Shown here piece after piece: positions 40,150 to 48,918 of a stretch of DNA of 64,000 nucleotides. Both the position numbers and the translations under genes were made by a program. Numbering within the stretch: the first letter of the stretch is position 1; each line of letters begins with the position of its first letter. The notes under the pieces are model-generated. The model was given only the letters and a program-made list of their open reading frames with translations. It was not told the origin of the DNA and did not search any database. The DNA is from a virus (taxonomy: Duplodnaviria; Caudoviricetes): positions 64,001 to 128,000 of the IMG/VR virus record IMGVR_UViG_3300037424_000564, one strand, 5' to 3'.

Positions 40150-41061
40150 TTATATGATAATTTCTCCACCAAATCCAGTTCGAAGGTAGGAACCATCAAA
40201 CACCAAGTTTGATTCATTTCCTTTAGCAAAATCACTATTATATCTAGCATAAATTTTAACTAAACTGTCACCATCTTTAGGATTGAAGACATAGTTTCTG
40301 CATTCACAACTACCTTTATTATTCCATGTTTGGTAGTGTAAGATATTTTCTTTATTGGATAAATCAATATCACGAAAGTCAATATGATTATCAGTACAAT
40401 AATCATTAACTTTCATTAGTGTAACAAATCCAACATCACGAACACCGACAGATGCAGACCATTCCAGATATTTACACATTTCTTCATAAGAGTCAATATA
40501 ACCTTTAACTAAATTACAAGAAAAATGAATTTTGTGTTTATTGTGAAGATTATTCAATTCATTATTTGTGGGAATATTAATGAACGAATTGATGCCAAAT
40601 ATTTCTGAATTTTTACGTTCATTATAATGATGTCGGGACAAAGCAACACTATCAATTTCATCCATATCCATTAATTCACTAATATTGTAACCATTAGTAT
40701 TAGCCACAATAAATGATTTTGGACTAACTTCTTTTGTTTTGATTAGGATAGATTTGAAGTTATCAATATCCAGAGAAAGTTCACCACCAGTAAAACTGAT
40801 TTTATTGATGATAATTTTTTTCTGTAATTCTGACATAACATAATAAAATTTATGCAAATCAAATTCTGTATTTTCCTGACTACAAAACTCACAGAATTTA
40901 CATTTCGCCTGACACTTTTCAGTTACTTTTACGTAGATATTTACATAAGGATCTTTGACATGCCATAGATCATTGCAAAGATTCTTCTGACAATGATAAT
41001 CCTTTGTCATGATTGTTTTATTAAAAATATCGATTTTCATAATAGTCCTCTTAATTAACAA
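40150..41061 (-). CDS. radical SAM protein
   Basis: CQAKCKFC, SFTGGE, NTNG, ALSRHH; C-terminal CECR. Confidence 0.85.
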   Translation of the reverse strand: MLIKRTIMKIDIFNKTIMTKDYHCQKNLCNDLWHVKDPYVNIYVKVTEKCQAKCKFCEFCSQENTEFDLHKFYYVMSELQKKIIINKISFTGGELSLDIDNFKSILIKTKEVSPKSFIVANTNGYNISELMDMDEIDSVALSRHHYNERKNSEIFGINSFINIPTNNELNNLHNKHKIHFSCNLVKGYIDSYEEMCKYLEWSASVGVRDVGFVTLMKVNDYCTDNHIDFRDIDLSNKENILHYQTWNNKGSCECRNYVFNPKDGDSLVKIYARYNSDFAKGNESNLVFDGSYLRTGFGGEIII

Positions 41062-41342
41062 CCACCAGTTCTACTTCCAGAATATCCTCTAGAACAAGGA
41101 TCTACGGTAGTAGGTTTGTTCTTGGTTTTTACATTTGATGCATCTTGCTCTACTTTGACGTGAAGAACAATATCAAACATAGCAAATACAATATTTAGAG
41201 CATCTTTAGAAATAATTGTAGACATTTCAGTAGATGTACAGATATCCATAAAAAGATCATTGATTTTTGTTGTCGGAACACCAGAGGCAACAATTTTCTT
41301 ACGCATACCGATTAGGAATAGAACTTCATCTTTAAGTGCCAT
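41055..41342 (-). CDS. small protein with Cys/Gly/Ser-rich C-terminal tail (RiPP-precursor-like)
   Basis: 95 aa ending TVDPCSRGYSGSRTGGC; overlaps the start of the radical SAM gene. Confidence 0.6.
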   Translation of the reverse strand: MALKDEVLFLIGMRKKIVASGVPTTKINDLFMDICTSTEMSTIISKDALNIVFAMFDIVLHVKVEQDASNVKTKNKPTTVDPCSRGYSGSRTGGC

Positions 41343-41429
41343 GATTTGTCTCCTTTTGATTATAAAATTCTTCTCTATTAATTTTTTCAGACTTCCACAC
41401 TTTATTTGTTTCTCTAAGACCTTTTGGAA

Positions 41430-41711
41430 TCATAATAACTCTTCTTTCTTTTTAAAATATTGTTCCTTTGTAAGAATTATACAATTCCACCCTTTATAAG
41501 ATTCTCTTAATCCCTTTGCTACATTTTTTAAAAATTGTGGTGTTTTAATTCCTAATTCTTTACATTTTTTAACAAAATCACCACAAAAAATTATTTCTTC
41601 ACCAGTAGGAGTTATTATAATATAATAACCTACATTATTAGCACTTTCACCTATAATCCCTTTATGCGAATTGCTCATTTTTTTCTTTACATCATCTGAT
41701 AACTTTTTCAA
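41430..41711 (-). pseudogene. homing endonuclease remnant (NUMOD3-like DNA-binding part only)
   Basis: KKKMSNSHKG NUMOD3-like motif and YIIITPTGEEI...YKGW C-terminal module; TTG start, no catalytic domain. Confidence 0.55.
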
Positions 41712-41713
41712 TA

Positions 41714-42496
41714 TCAGACTAGATTATTACCTTTTATAATCCCTTCACCTAAGTTATTAGATTCACTAATAGAATTTAAATTTATAGGGCTAATTTTTAT
41801 GAAAAAATAATCAGGATCAAAATATTTACGAAGTTTATTTATATCGAAATCACAGTAATCAACGAGAGTTAAATTAACTGTAGTTTTGAGATTACTCTTA
41901 GTACGAATCTGGCCGAGTTCTTCAATACTCATGAGATTATTGATAGGAATCAATTCATGCCGCCGATCTTCATCAAGAGAGTGAAGACTGATTTGAAGGG
42001 TAATATTTCCTTCAATCCAAGAGAAGTCAGAATCACGAATACCAACAGTAGAAACGTAGTGGTGAACATTAGGATATGCTTCTGAAAGTTGATTAATAGC
42101 ATATTTTACATTTTCGATATTTAGAAATGGTTCACCCATTCGTGTCCAGTTAATTTTGAATTCTTCCGAATATGAAGGATGAATATGAGAGTTTTTATCA
42201 ACAACAAAAAAAACTTGATCAAACATTTCATTTGGAGTAAGATTTCTCCAACCTTTCATTTGACCAGTTGCACAGAATTTGCAGCCAACAGGACAACCAC
42301 TCATAGTCGAAACACCAACCATCCAACGTTCAGACCGACTTCCGATATCTTTGGAGTAAAGAGCATTAGTATTATTAGGGCAGTTCTTAGTATAGAATGG
42401 AAGAAATGTATCAGTAGTTTCAATCAACATCCCATCTTCAAGTTGAAGACAATGAACAGATCCATTAGTAAATTTACGATTACGAAGTTCTTTCAT
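41714..42496 (-). CDS. RlmN/Cfr-like radical SAM methylase lacking its C-terminal segment
   Basis: IET, VSTMSGCPVGCKFCATG, RNLTPNEMFDQV, RMGEPFLN, VSTVG, LQISLHS, IKISPIN; stops before the AACGQL motif. Confidence 0.85.
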   Translation of the reverse strand: MKELRNRKFTNGSVHCLQLEDGMLIETTDTFLPFYTKNCPNNTNALYSKDIGSRSERWMVGVSTMSGCPVGCKFCATGQMKGWRNLTPNEMFDQVFFVVDKNSHIHPSYSEEFKINWTRMGEPFLNIENVKYAINQLSEAYPNVHHYVSTVGIRDSDFSWIEGNITLQISLHSLDEDRRHELIPINNLMSIEELGQIRTKSNLKTTVNLTLVDYCDFDINKLRKYFDPDYFFIKISPINLNSISESNNLGEGIIKGNNLV

Positions 42497-42507
42497 TTGA
42501 TATACTC

Positions 42508-42792
42508 CTATTTAATAACCGAACAGTTGTCAATTCTCCAAGAGCAAACACCGTCAGTCACTCGAACTTTACTGTTTTTCTCACCAGAGGCATCAACACC
42601 AACAGAAGTGATCTTGACAACTTTATAATCGCAGTCACAATAGCTAAAAACGAGGACTAAATCACCTTTCTTTATGGTCATATCTTCCATAATGAATTCA
42701 CCAATTACGGAGAAATCTCTCTCGCTGTGATATTTCACGAAGTTATGATTAATTTTAGATGCTTCCTCTTTAGTGATAGTTCCGAGTTCCAT
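42508..42792 (-). CDS. hypothetical protein
   Basis: 94 aa, AGGAGG RBS; first gene after promoter. Confidence 0.65.
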   Translation of the reverse strand: MELGTITKEEASKINHNFVKYHSERDFSVIGEFIMEDMTIKKGDLVLVFSYCDCDYKVVKITSVGVDASGEKNSKVRVTDGVCSWRIDNCSVIK

Positions 42793-42847
42793 AAATCCTC
42801 CTGTCGTTAGGTGAGTTAACTATACGACAGGAGGATTTAATTGTCAA
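42792..42847 (-). promoter_or_regulatory. sigma70-type promoter with spacer/RBS inverted repeat
   Basis: TTGACA-17 nt-TATAGT; 16-bp inverted repeat 42792-42807/42824-42839. Confidence 0.85.
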
Positions 42848-42864
42848 TTTAAAAATATGAATAA

Positions 42865-43329
42865 TTATCTGGCGAGTGGTGCTGATTTGATTGTATGAAT
42901 TAGTTTGAATGTATCAGTATCCTCGCTATCCTTATTATAAATAATTTCTTTGCCATTTTCATTATCATATATATATGTTTCATTTAGTCTATCATACTTT
43001 ACATCATAAATCTCTTTTGGAAGAATAATACCAACAGCAGTCAATGCTCCATCAAGAGAATCATCATCTTCTCTAAAATAAGCCCAAGGATATTTTGCAG
43101 TAGAAAATAATAATCTTAGCTCACGTAGATCTTTATTATTACCACCATTACAAACAATCATAGTTTTATGATTTTCTAACCAATCAAAATACATCAAAAT
43201 AGGTTTCGAATATATGGCAGACTGAATATTTTTTCCATGTGAAATAGCAAGTTCACCAAGAACATGAGCAGATTGGATTCCTTGTTGGATAGATGAAAGA
43301 TAATAATTCACGAAAGTATATAGTCTCAT
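42865..43329 (-). CDS. putative peptidyl-tRNA hydrolase (PTH2-like) domain protein
   Basis: QQGIQSAH, HKTMIVCNGG, FREDDDSLDGALTAVG pattern of a conserved T4-like family. Confidence 0.5.
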   Translation of the reverse strand: MRLYTFVNYYLSSIQQGIQSAHVLGELAISHGKNIQSAIYSKPILMYFDWLENHKTMIVCNGGNNKDLRELRLLFSTAKYPWAYFREDDDSLDGALTAVGIILPKEIYDVKYDRLNETYIYDNENGKEIIYNKDSEDTDTFKLIHTIKSAPLAR

Positions 43330-43658
43330 TTTAATTCCTTTGCAATTAAGCGTAATAGTTCAGTAGATGCATCATCAGGATGCATTGTTTCACCTTGATA
43401 TGTTTCGCCATATTGCATCCAATGTGCATTATACAATTTTTTCATTTTATCTGGTGTTCGGTCCCAAATATCACGTTTTAATGCACTAGAGTCTGGTGTC
43501 CATAGAGAATACATGTTACGAATATATCTACCTACACTATGATGAAGCACATTTAGTCCTCTTTTTTCTTTTACCATTTGAAGATATTCTAACTCTTCTG
43601 GTTCTAATTCTTTGAAAAAATCTTCAATAACTTCTTGTACTTTAGTGTATTGTTTCAT
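43326..43658 (-). CDS. hypothetical protein
   Basis: HHSVGRYIRNMYSLW and HPDDAS motifs of a conserved phage hypothetical family. Confidence 0.6.
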   Translation of the reverse strand: MKQYTKVQEVIEDFFKELEPEELEYLQMVKEKRGLNVLHHSVGRYIRNMYSLWTPDSSALKRDIWDRTPDKMKKLYNAHWMQYGETYQGETMHPDDASTELLRLIAKELK

Positions 43659-43671
43659 GTGTATGTATCTC

Positions 43672-43773
43672 CTATATGTTATAACTGTTAATTAAAAATA
43701 CAATTTCATATATGCAAAATAAAACAATATATACCAAAAAAACAAGACTGACACCAAACATAAAATTGCTCAT
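43672..43773 (-). CDS. small hydrophobic peptide (33 aa, MSNFMFG...)
   Basis: Translated by hand; AAGGAG RBS. Confidence 0.5.
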   Translation of the reverse strand: MSNFMFGVSLVFLVYIVLFCIYEIVFLINSYNI

Positions 43774-43783
43774 AATAATCTCC

Positions 43784-43933
43784 TTAATAAGTTGCTAATA
43801 TAACAAACATAAAGCATGTTAACAAAAAGCATATAATAGTATATAATATATATTTTACTCTAATAGAGCATAATAATAATAAAATACTACTTATCAAAAG
43901 ACCAAATCCGAAACCAAATATGAAATTGCTCAT
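43784..43933 (-). CDS. small hydrophobic peptide (49 aa, MSNFIFG...)
   Basis: Translated by hand; AGGA RBS; start region duplicated with 43773. Confidence 0.5.
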   Translation of the reverse strand: MSNFIFGFGFGLLISSILLLLCSIRVKYILYTIICFLLTCFMFVILATY

Positions 43934-43952
43934 AATAATATCCTATATGTAT

Positions 43953-44291
43953 CTACCATGTTTCAAGTTTTCCGGATTCATAGTCATCAAAGCACTTATC
44001 ACAAGCATCGAATCCGCCCCACTCTTTGTCCCAATCATGAGGCACTGGTATTCCTTCGTACATAGGGATACCTTTTTTACAGTTATACACTTTTTCGCTA
44101 CAGATACAGCATTCGCTTTCGTGAGGCCAAAAAGGTTCTGGTATAATAATGTAATTAATCGGTGCATCGTCAACTACAAATGTATATTCCAAATCATTAA
44201 TGTTCATTATATTATTATCACCATGTAAAGTTTTATAAACTTGTAATTGATATTGGAAACTTTCTTTTGTTGCTTTAATTGGTGTTTTCAT
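43953..44291 (-). CDS. hypothetical zinc-binding protein
   Basis: CCIC...CDKC; coupled to NMNAT stop. Confidence 0.6.
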   Translation of the reverse strand: MKTPIKATKESFQYQLQVYKTLHGDNNIMNINDLEYTFVVDDAPINYIIIPEPFWPHESECCICSEKVYNCKKGIPMYEGIPVPHDWDKEWGGFDACDKCFDDYESGKLETW

Positions 44292-45332
44292 TTAAATACC
44301 CAACATATCCTTAATGATAAAATAATGGTCTTCAAACATATTTTCAGCAGTTAGTTCAGAAATAGGCAACCATACTGCTTTAGCCGCATCATCAGATCCT
44401 TTGATACGTGCTTTGATATTACTAGGAGGCAATTCAATTAAAAAAGCATGAGTTAGAATTCTTCCTCTTGTAGATCTATATGGATCGTCATACACACCTT
44501 TTTTTGTGATATATTTGCGAAGAATTGAAACTGGAATTTTGATCTTAGTTTCTTCATTCAATTCTCGAAGCATTCCATCTTCAAGTTGTTCATCTGTATC
44601 TAGAAATCCACCCGGCATTGCCCAAAGACCTTTTCCCGGTACATTCTTTCGTTGAATTAGAAGAATATGATCATTTTGAGTAACAATAGCATCAGTAGTT
44701 ATAAAATTACAAGGATATGGTGCAGATTCCCAAGCTTTCTTGTATTTTTTAATATAATCATGTTCTTCTTTGAGAATAAGCCAATTAGAATCAAGCATTC
44801 TAAATCTTCCCATAGTTTCTAACACATTTATTGGAACAACGCCATATAATTCAAAAAGTCTATCATGGGAATCAAAAAGAATTTCTCTGATATCAGTTGA
44901 GTGAATATGATTAATGGTTTCATCGAACCCAACTGGTTCAATATAATCCCAATCTTTGAAAAAATCAATATAAAAACTAGTTTTATCATTTTTGTTTCCA
45001 GTGATGCAAATAGAAACATCATCAGGATCATTACCATCTTGTTGAATCATAGAATCAACAATGCTTTGAGTATTCATTACCCAACGCGAATTCTCTTTAA
45101 TATCTATAAGAGATCCAAACATAATTCTATCGGAATTATATGTTTTACTAATCATTGCTTCACGATAATTAATATCGAATGGATTTTTTGAACTTAAAGG
45201 TCTATTTGCAGATCCAAATAGAACAATAACTTTATCTGCTACATTCAACAGATTATCAATGATTGCTTTGTGATTATTGTGAAACCCCTGAAATCGTCCG
45301 ATAATTATACCATATTGATATTTCTTTGACAT
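44292..45332 (-). CDS. nadM: bifunctional NMN adenylyltransferase / Nudix hydrolase
   Basis: IGRFQGFHNNH (HxxH), KNPF, STDIR, Nudix box GGFLDTDEQLEDGMLRELNEETK, GSDDA. Confidence 0.93.
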   Translation of the reverse strand: MSKKYQYGIIIGRFQGFHNNHKAIIDNLLNVADKVIVLFGSANRPLSSKNPFDINYREAMISKTYNSDRIMFGSLIDIKENSRWVMNTQSIVDSMIQQDGNDPDDVSICITGNKNDKTSFYIDFFKDWDYIEPVGFDETINHIHSTDIREILFDSHDRLFELYGVVPINVLETMGRFRMLDSNWLILKEEHDYIKKYKKAWESAPYPCNFITTDAIVTQNDHILLIQRKNVPGKGLWAMPGGFLDTDEQLEDGMLRELNEETKIKIPVSILRKYITKKGVYDDPYRSTRGRILTHAFLIELPPSNIKARIKGSDDAAKAVWLPISELTAENMFEDHYFIIKDMLGI

Positions 45333-45662
45333 TTAAATTTCCTTAAAAGTATATTTGTTAGATATTTGATCAATATTAAGTTTAACGAATTCTTTTGCTA
45401 GATCTTTAGTAGCAAAATTTACTTTCATTGTTATCCATTTCCAGTTACAGTTTGGATTATCATCTATCTCTGTTTTTAAAACACTAAACATAACTTTCCA
45501 ATATGAAGAGAAATGTTTAGGTGATGTGATAAGTCCGATAATTTGTTTGTTGAGTTTAATATCAACATCCGTATATGGATGGGCAACAGCTCTCAATCCT
45601 GTCTCTTTTTCATGATTTTTAAATGTAATTGATAATTTTTTATTAGAAATATTCTTCATCAT
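45333..45662 (-). CDS. hypothetical protein
   Basis: 109-aa ORF in operon. Confidence 0.55.
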   Translation of the reverse strand: MMKNISNKKLSITFKNHEKETGLRAVAHPYTDVDIKLNKQIIGLITSPKHFSSYWKVMFSVLKTEIDDNPNCNWKWITMKVNFATKDLAKEFVKLNIDQISNKYTFKEI

Positions 45663-45906
45663 CAGAACCCTTTCCTCTTTTGATAAGATATGCTTGATAA
45701 TATTTTTCTTGATTAATTTTATTGATTGACAATGATCCTACCATAATCATTAGGTAAGGAATGCCAATAACAAATCCAATAACAAACCAAAACATGAAAT
45801 CATTATTCATCAATAACATACCAAAATCTTTTAGATGCAATGCTCCCCAAAAGTTAATGAAGAAAAATAGAACTCCGAAAATAATTCCATATTTATTATG
45901 AATCAT
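45643..45906 (-). CDS. hypothetical membrane protein
   Basis: Two hydrophobic helices. Confidence 0.55.
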   Translation of the reverse strand: MIHNKYGIIFGVLFFFINFWGALHLKDFGMLLMNNDFMFWFVIGFVIGIPYLMIMVGSLSINKINQEKYYQAYLIKRGKGSDDEEYF

Positions 45907-45933
45907 AAGTTATGTCCTTTACCATGTTTAGAT

Positions 45934-46170
45934 TCAATGATATTCATCTTGACACACCTTAAATTGTTTGTCAATAAGTAATCGTTGTTTATTGCAATAT
46001 GCTTTCAACTCGCAATATAGATCAAAATTACGGAACCAAACATCACTATCCTCGAACTTAGTTTTCAGGAAAAGTTCGATCATATTATTAATAGCTTCAA
46101 AGTGTTGTGGTTTATTATCTGGATGATTGATAACCCTAATAATTTTTTTATATACATCAAATGATTTCAT
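45934..46170 (-). CDS. hypothetical protein (start probably MKSFDV)
   Basis: AAGGAG RBS before ATG at 46170. Confidence 0.5.
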   Translation of the reverse strand: MKSFDVYKKIIRVINHPDNKPQHFEAINNMIELFLKTKFEDSDVWFRNFDLYCELKAYCNKQRLLIDKQFKVCQDEYH

Positions 46171-46471
46171 TATTATTCTCCTTAGTTTTACCTTTAGCAA
46201 TAGAATAATGCATCCATAAGTCAACCTTGATTTTTTTAGCTTCAATAGCCTTTGGATCTATATAATTAAATTCTTTATAATCATTTAATTCATGTAGCAT
46301 TTCCATGACACCAAGGAGGTCATTAAATTCTCCAATCAGTAATTCGTAATTACTTTTACCAATAGTAGGATATATATCACTCAAACCAAAGATAGCACTC
46401 TTCAAAGCTATTTGAGCAATCTCACTTGCTTCCTCTGCTATCTTACATAATATATGTTGTTCTTTATTCAT
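46157..46471 (-). CDS. MazG-like nucleotide pyrophosphohydrolase
   Basis: AEEASE ... GEFND acidic motifs of all-alpha NTP-PPases. Confidence 0.65.
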   Translation of the reverse strand: MNKEQHILCKIAEEASEIAQIALKSAIFGLSDIYPTIGKSNYELLIGEFNDLLGVMEMLHELNDYKEFNYIDPKAIEAKKIKVDLWMHYSIAKGKTKENNNEII

Positions 46472-46486
46472 AGTTATTCTTTCTAT

Positions 46487-46906
46487 TTAAGATTTCCATA
46501 CAACTTGTTTGGCTTTACGTTTTGCTTCGCTTATTCTATCTTTATCATTTTGAATAGCTCTATGTGCATTTAAAATATACATAGATTTATAATTCGATGC
46601 CCCAGTACAAAAATCATCAGTATAACTAAAATAAAGAGCAATCCAAATAAAACATACACGTTTTTGTGGATAATAATCATCTTTTGAAATAATTCTATAC
46701 TTATCTTTATTATCACCCAATAGAAAACGTACTCCAGATATACCAATCCCTACAATTCCTATAAAAACACAAGATATATAAACAAAAATACCGATTTCTT
46801 TATCAAGAGGATAGTATATAATGAGATACATAATAAGTATCAGATAAAATAGATAACAAAACATATGCACCAGATATTTTGGATTGTATTTATCTTCGTT
46901 ATTCAT
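46487..46906 (-). CDS. hypothetical membrane protein
   Basis: Two N-terminal TM helices. Confidence 0.55.
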   Translation of the reverse strand: MNNEDKYNPKYLVHMFCYLFYLILIMYLIIYYPLDKEIGIFVYISCVFIGIVGIGISGVRFLLGDNKDKYRIISKDDYYPQKRVCFIWIALYFSYTDDFCTGASNYKSMYILNAHRAIQNDKDRISEAKRKAKQVVWKS

Positions 46907-46914
46907 TACAGAGA

Positions 46915-48054
46915 CTACTTATCAAATTTTTTAAATGCAAAATCATATAGTTTGTTATGTTTAAGAACCAAGGAAGTCCAGATTAATCCACCTTCTTCAA
47001 TGATTCCAGTTTTTTTAGCAGTAAAAAATACATCACGGAATTCAAATTGGAAGGAGTTCAATTTGATAGCAAACTCTTTCTGGTCTTCGATGAAGACAAC
47101 ACCATCCCAAACTTTAACAAATCGTTCTCGTACTTCCGAAAGGATATTAACCATCTGGCTAATTTTTGGTTCAAGTTCAGGATAGTAAGTAAGAATTTCA
47201 TCAGTTTCACCATCAAGAATGAAAGGAAGAAGATTTTTCATGGTGAATCCAGACTCTCCACGCATCCTATGGAGAGATAGATATTTCTTATTTTTTACCT
47301 TAATTCTATTAAGGTTTTTGTCTACTAAAACTAGACCTTCGATGGTTGGATTATTCAATTCCAGATCTTCGATATGTTGAATGACTTCATCGATAGATTT
47401 GAAGTTATAATATTTTGGATGTCCTGCGCCATATACTCCATATTTTCGTTGTTCATTATTTGGTTTATCGTAATAATTCAGACAGAACAATCTTGGAATT
47501 TTATAATCAGTAACAATTTTATTATAAGGAGAACATAGTTCATATGTATATGAAAATTCTTTGCGTAGATTTTCTAGGACAAAATTATTTTCATCATCAT
47601 GGGAATAACTATCTTTAAAAAATTCTGCCATACAATCAAAAGTTTTCCAGAAAAGTTCTTTCCAAGAAAAATCACAGTTTTCCATCAGTTGATCACCGAA
47701 AGAACCTCTAGTTGCCATATGCCATTCACCTGCATAGAAGAACATATTACAAAGAGAACCATCAACCTTTTCAAGAGCATAAAAATTACTCCAATCAAAG
47801 TCTTTTTGGAGATTTTCAGCTTCACCAAGATTGAAGAAACGATCAAATGAACGAGCAACAATGTTCCATGTGTTTAATTCTAAAATTAAACCTCTACAAC
47901 ATATAGTAATTGGATTAATTTTTGGGCTATCAATTTGACAATAATTTAAAATAACTAATGGAAGTGTTGAATGATAGCATAGCTTAATTCCAAATTCTTT
48001 ATTTAAATCTTCAAGGGTTTTCCCATTGTGTAAATATTCTTGAACAGCTATCAT
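46915..48054 (-). CDS. RNA ligase 1 (T4 RnlA-like)
   Basis: CRGLILE, ARSFDRFFN, motif I EKVDGSL, ATRG, YELCSP, EGLVL, KVKNKKY. Confidence 0.9.
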   Translation of the reverse strand: MIAVQEYLHNGKTLEDLNKEFGIKLCYHSTLPLVILNYCQIDSPKINPITICCRGLILELNTWNIVARSFDRFFNLGEAENLQKDFDWSNFYALEKVDGSLCNMFFYAGEWHMATRGSFGDQLMENCDFSWKELFWKTFDCMAEFFKDSYSHDDENNFVLENLRKEFSYTYELCSPYNKIVTDYKIPRLFCLNYYDKPNNEQRKYGVYGAGHPKYYNFKSIDEVIQHIEDLELNNPTIEGLVLVDKNLNRIKVKNKKYLSLHRMRGESGFTMKNLLPFILDGETDEILTYYPELEPKISQMVNILSEVRERFVKVWDGVVFIEDQKEFAIKLNSFQFEFRDVFFTAKKTGIIEEGGLIWTSLVLKHNKLYDFAFKKFDK

Positions 48055-48166
48055 TTTTTATTACCTTTCATAAATAAGTATAGTGAGTAATTCATAATGC
48101 TAGTAACATAATGAAAACAGTCAGGAGAACTGCTGTCCTCACTCAATTCTTTTCAGGAGCTAATCT

Positions 48167-48913
48167 ATGTATCATATCGTATATCAAACAACGAACCTTG
48201 TCAATTTAAAAATTTATATAGGAATTCATTCAACTAATAATTTAGATGATGGTTATATAGGCTCTGGTAAAACTATGATAAAAGCAATTAAAAAATATGG
48301 AAAAGAAAATTTTAAAAAAGAAATTTTACATTATTGTAAATCTAGAGAAGAAGCTTGTGATGTTGAGTTATATCTAGTTAATGAACAATTTGTTGAAAGA
48401 CCTGATGTTTATAATATTAGATTAGGCGGTGGAAATAAAGGAGTAATGTCTAAAGAATCTAAAATTAAATTATCAAATTCTTTAAAGAAAACATATTCAA
48501 ATAATAATTATATCAATAAACATATAGGAAGAAAAAGATCAGAAGAAACAAAAGAAAAAATGTTAATTAAAAATAAAAGATCATTTAAAGAAAAATATGG
48601 AGAAAGATATCTAGAAATGATTGATAAATGTTGCCGAAAATTTAAAGAAGAAAATGGATTTTATGGTAAAAATCATACGGAAAAAACTAAAAAAATATTA
48701 TCAGAAATTCGTTCTAAAAACTATATTATAAAATCTCCATTAAATGAAGTTATTAATTTTAAAGGTATATTAAGAGATTTTTGTAATAATAATGATCTTT
48801 CATTTTCATGTTTATATAGAAATATCAATAAAGGTATAATTCAAGAGACTTCATATACAAAACGCTCACAACTAACAACAAATTGTGTTGGGTGGGAGAT
48901 TAAATCAAACTAA
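48167..48913 (+). mobile_element. GIY-YIG (Seg-like) homing endonuclease, antisense to neighbours
   Basis: IVYQTTNLVNLKIYIGIH, YIGSG, YNIRLGG, NUMOD3 repeats. Confidence 0.88.
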
Positions 48914-48918
48914 CATTA

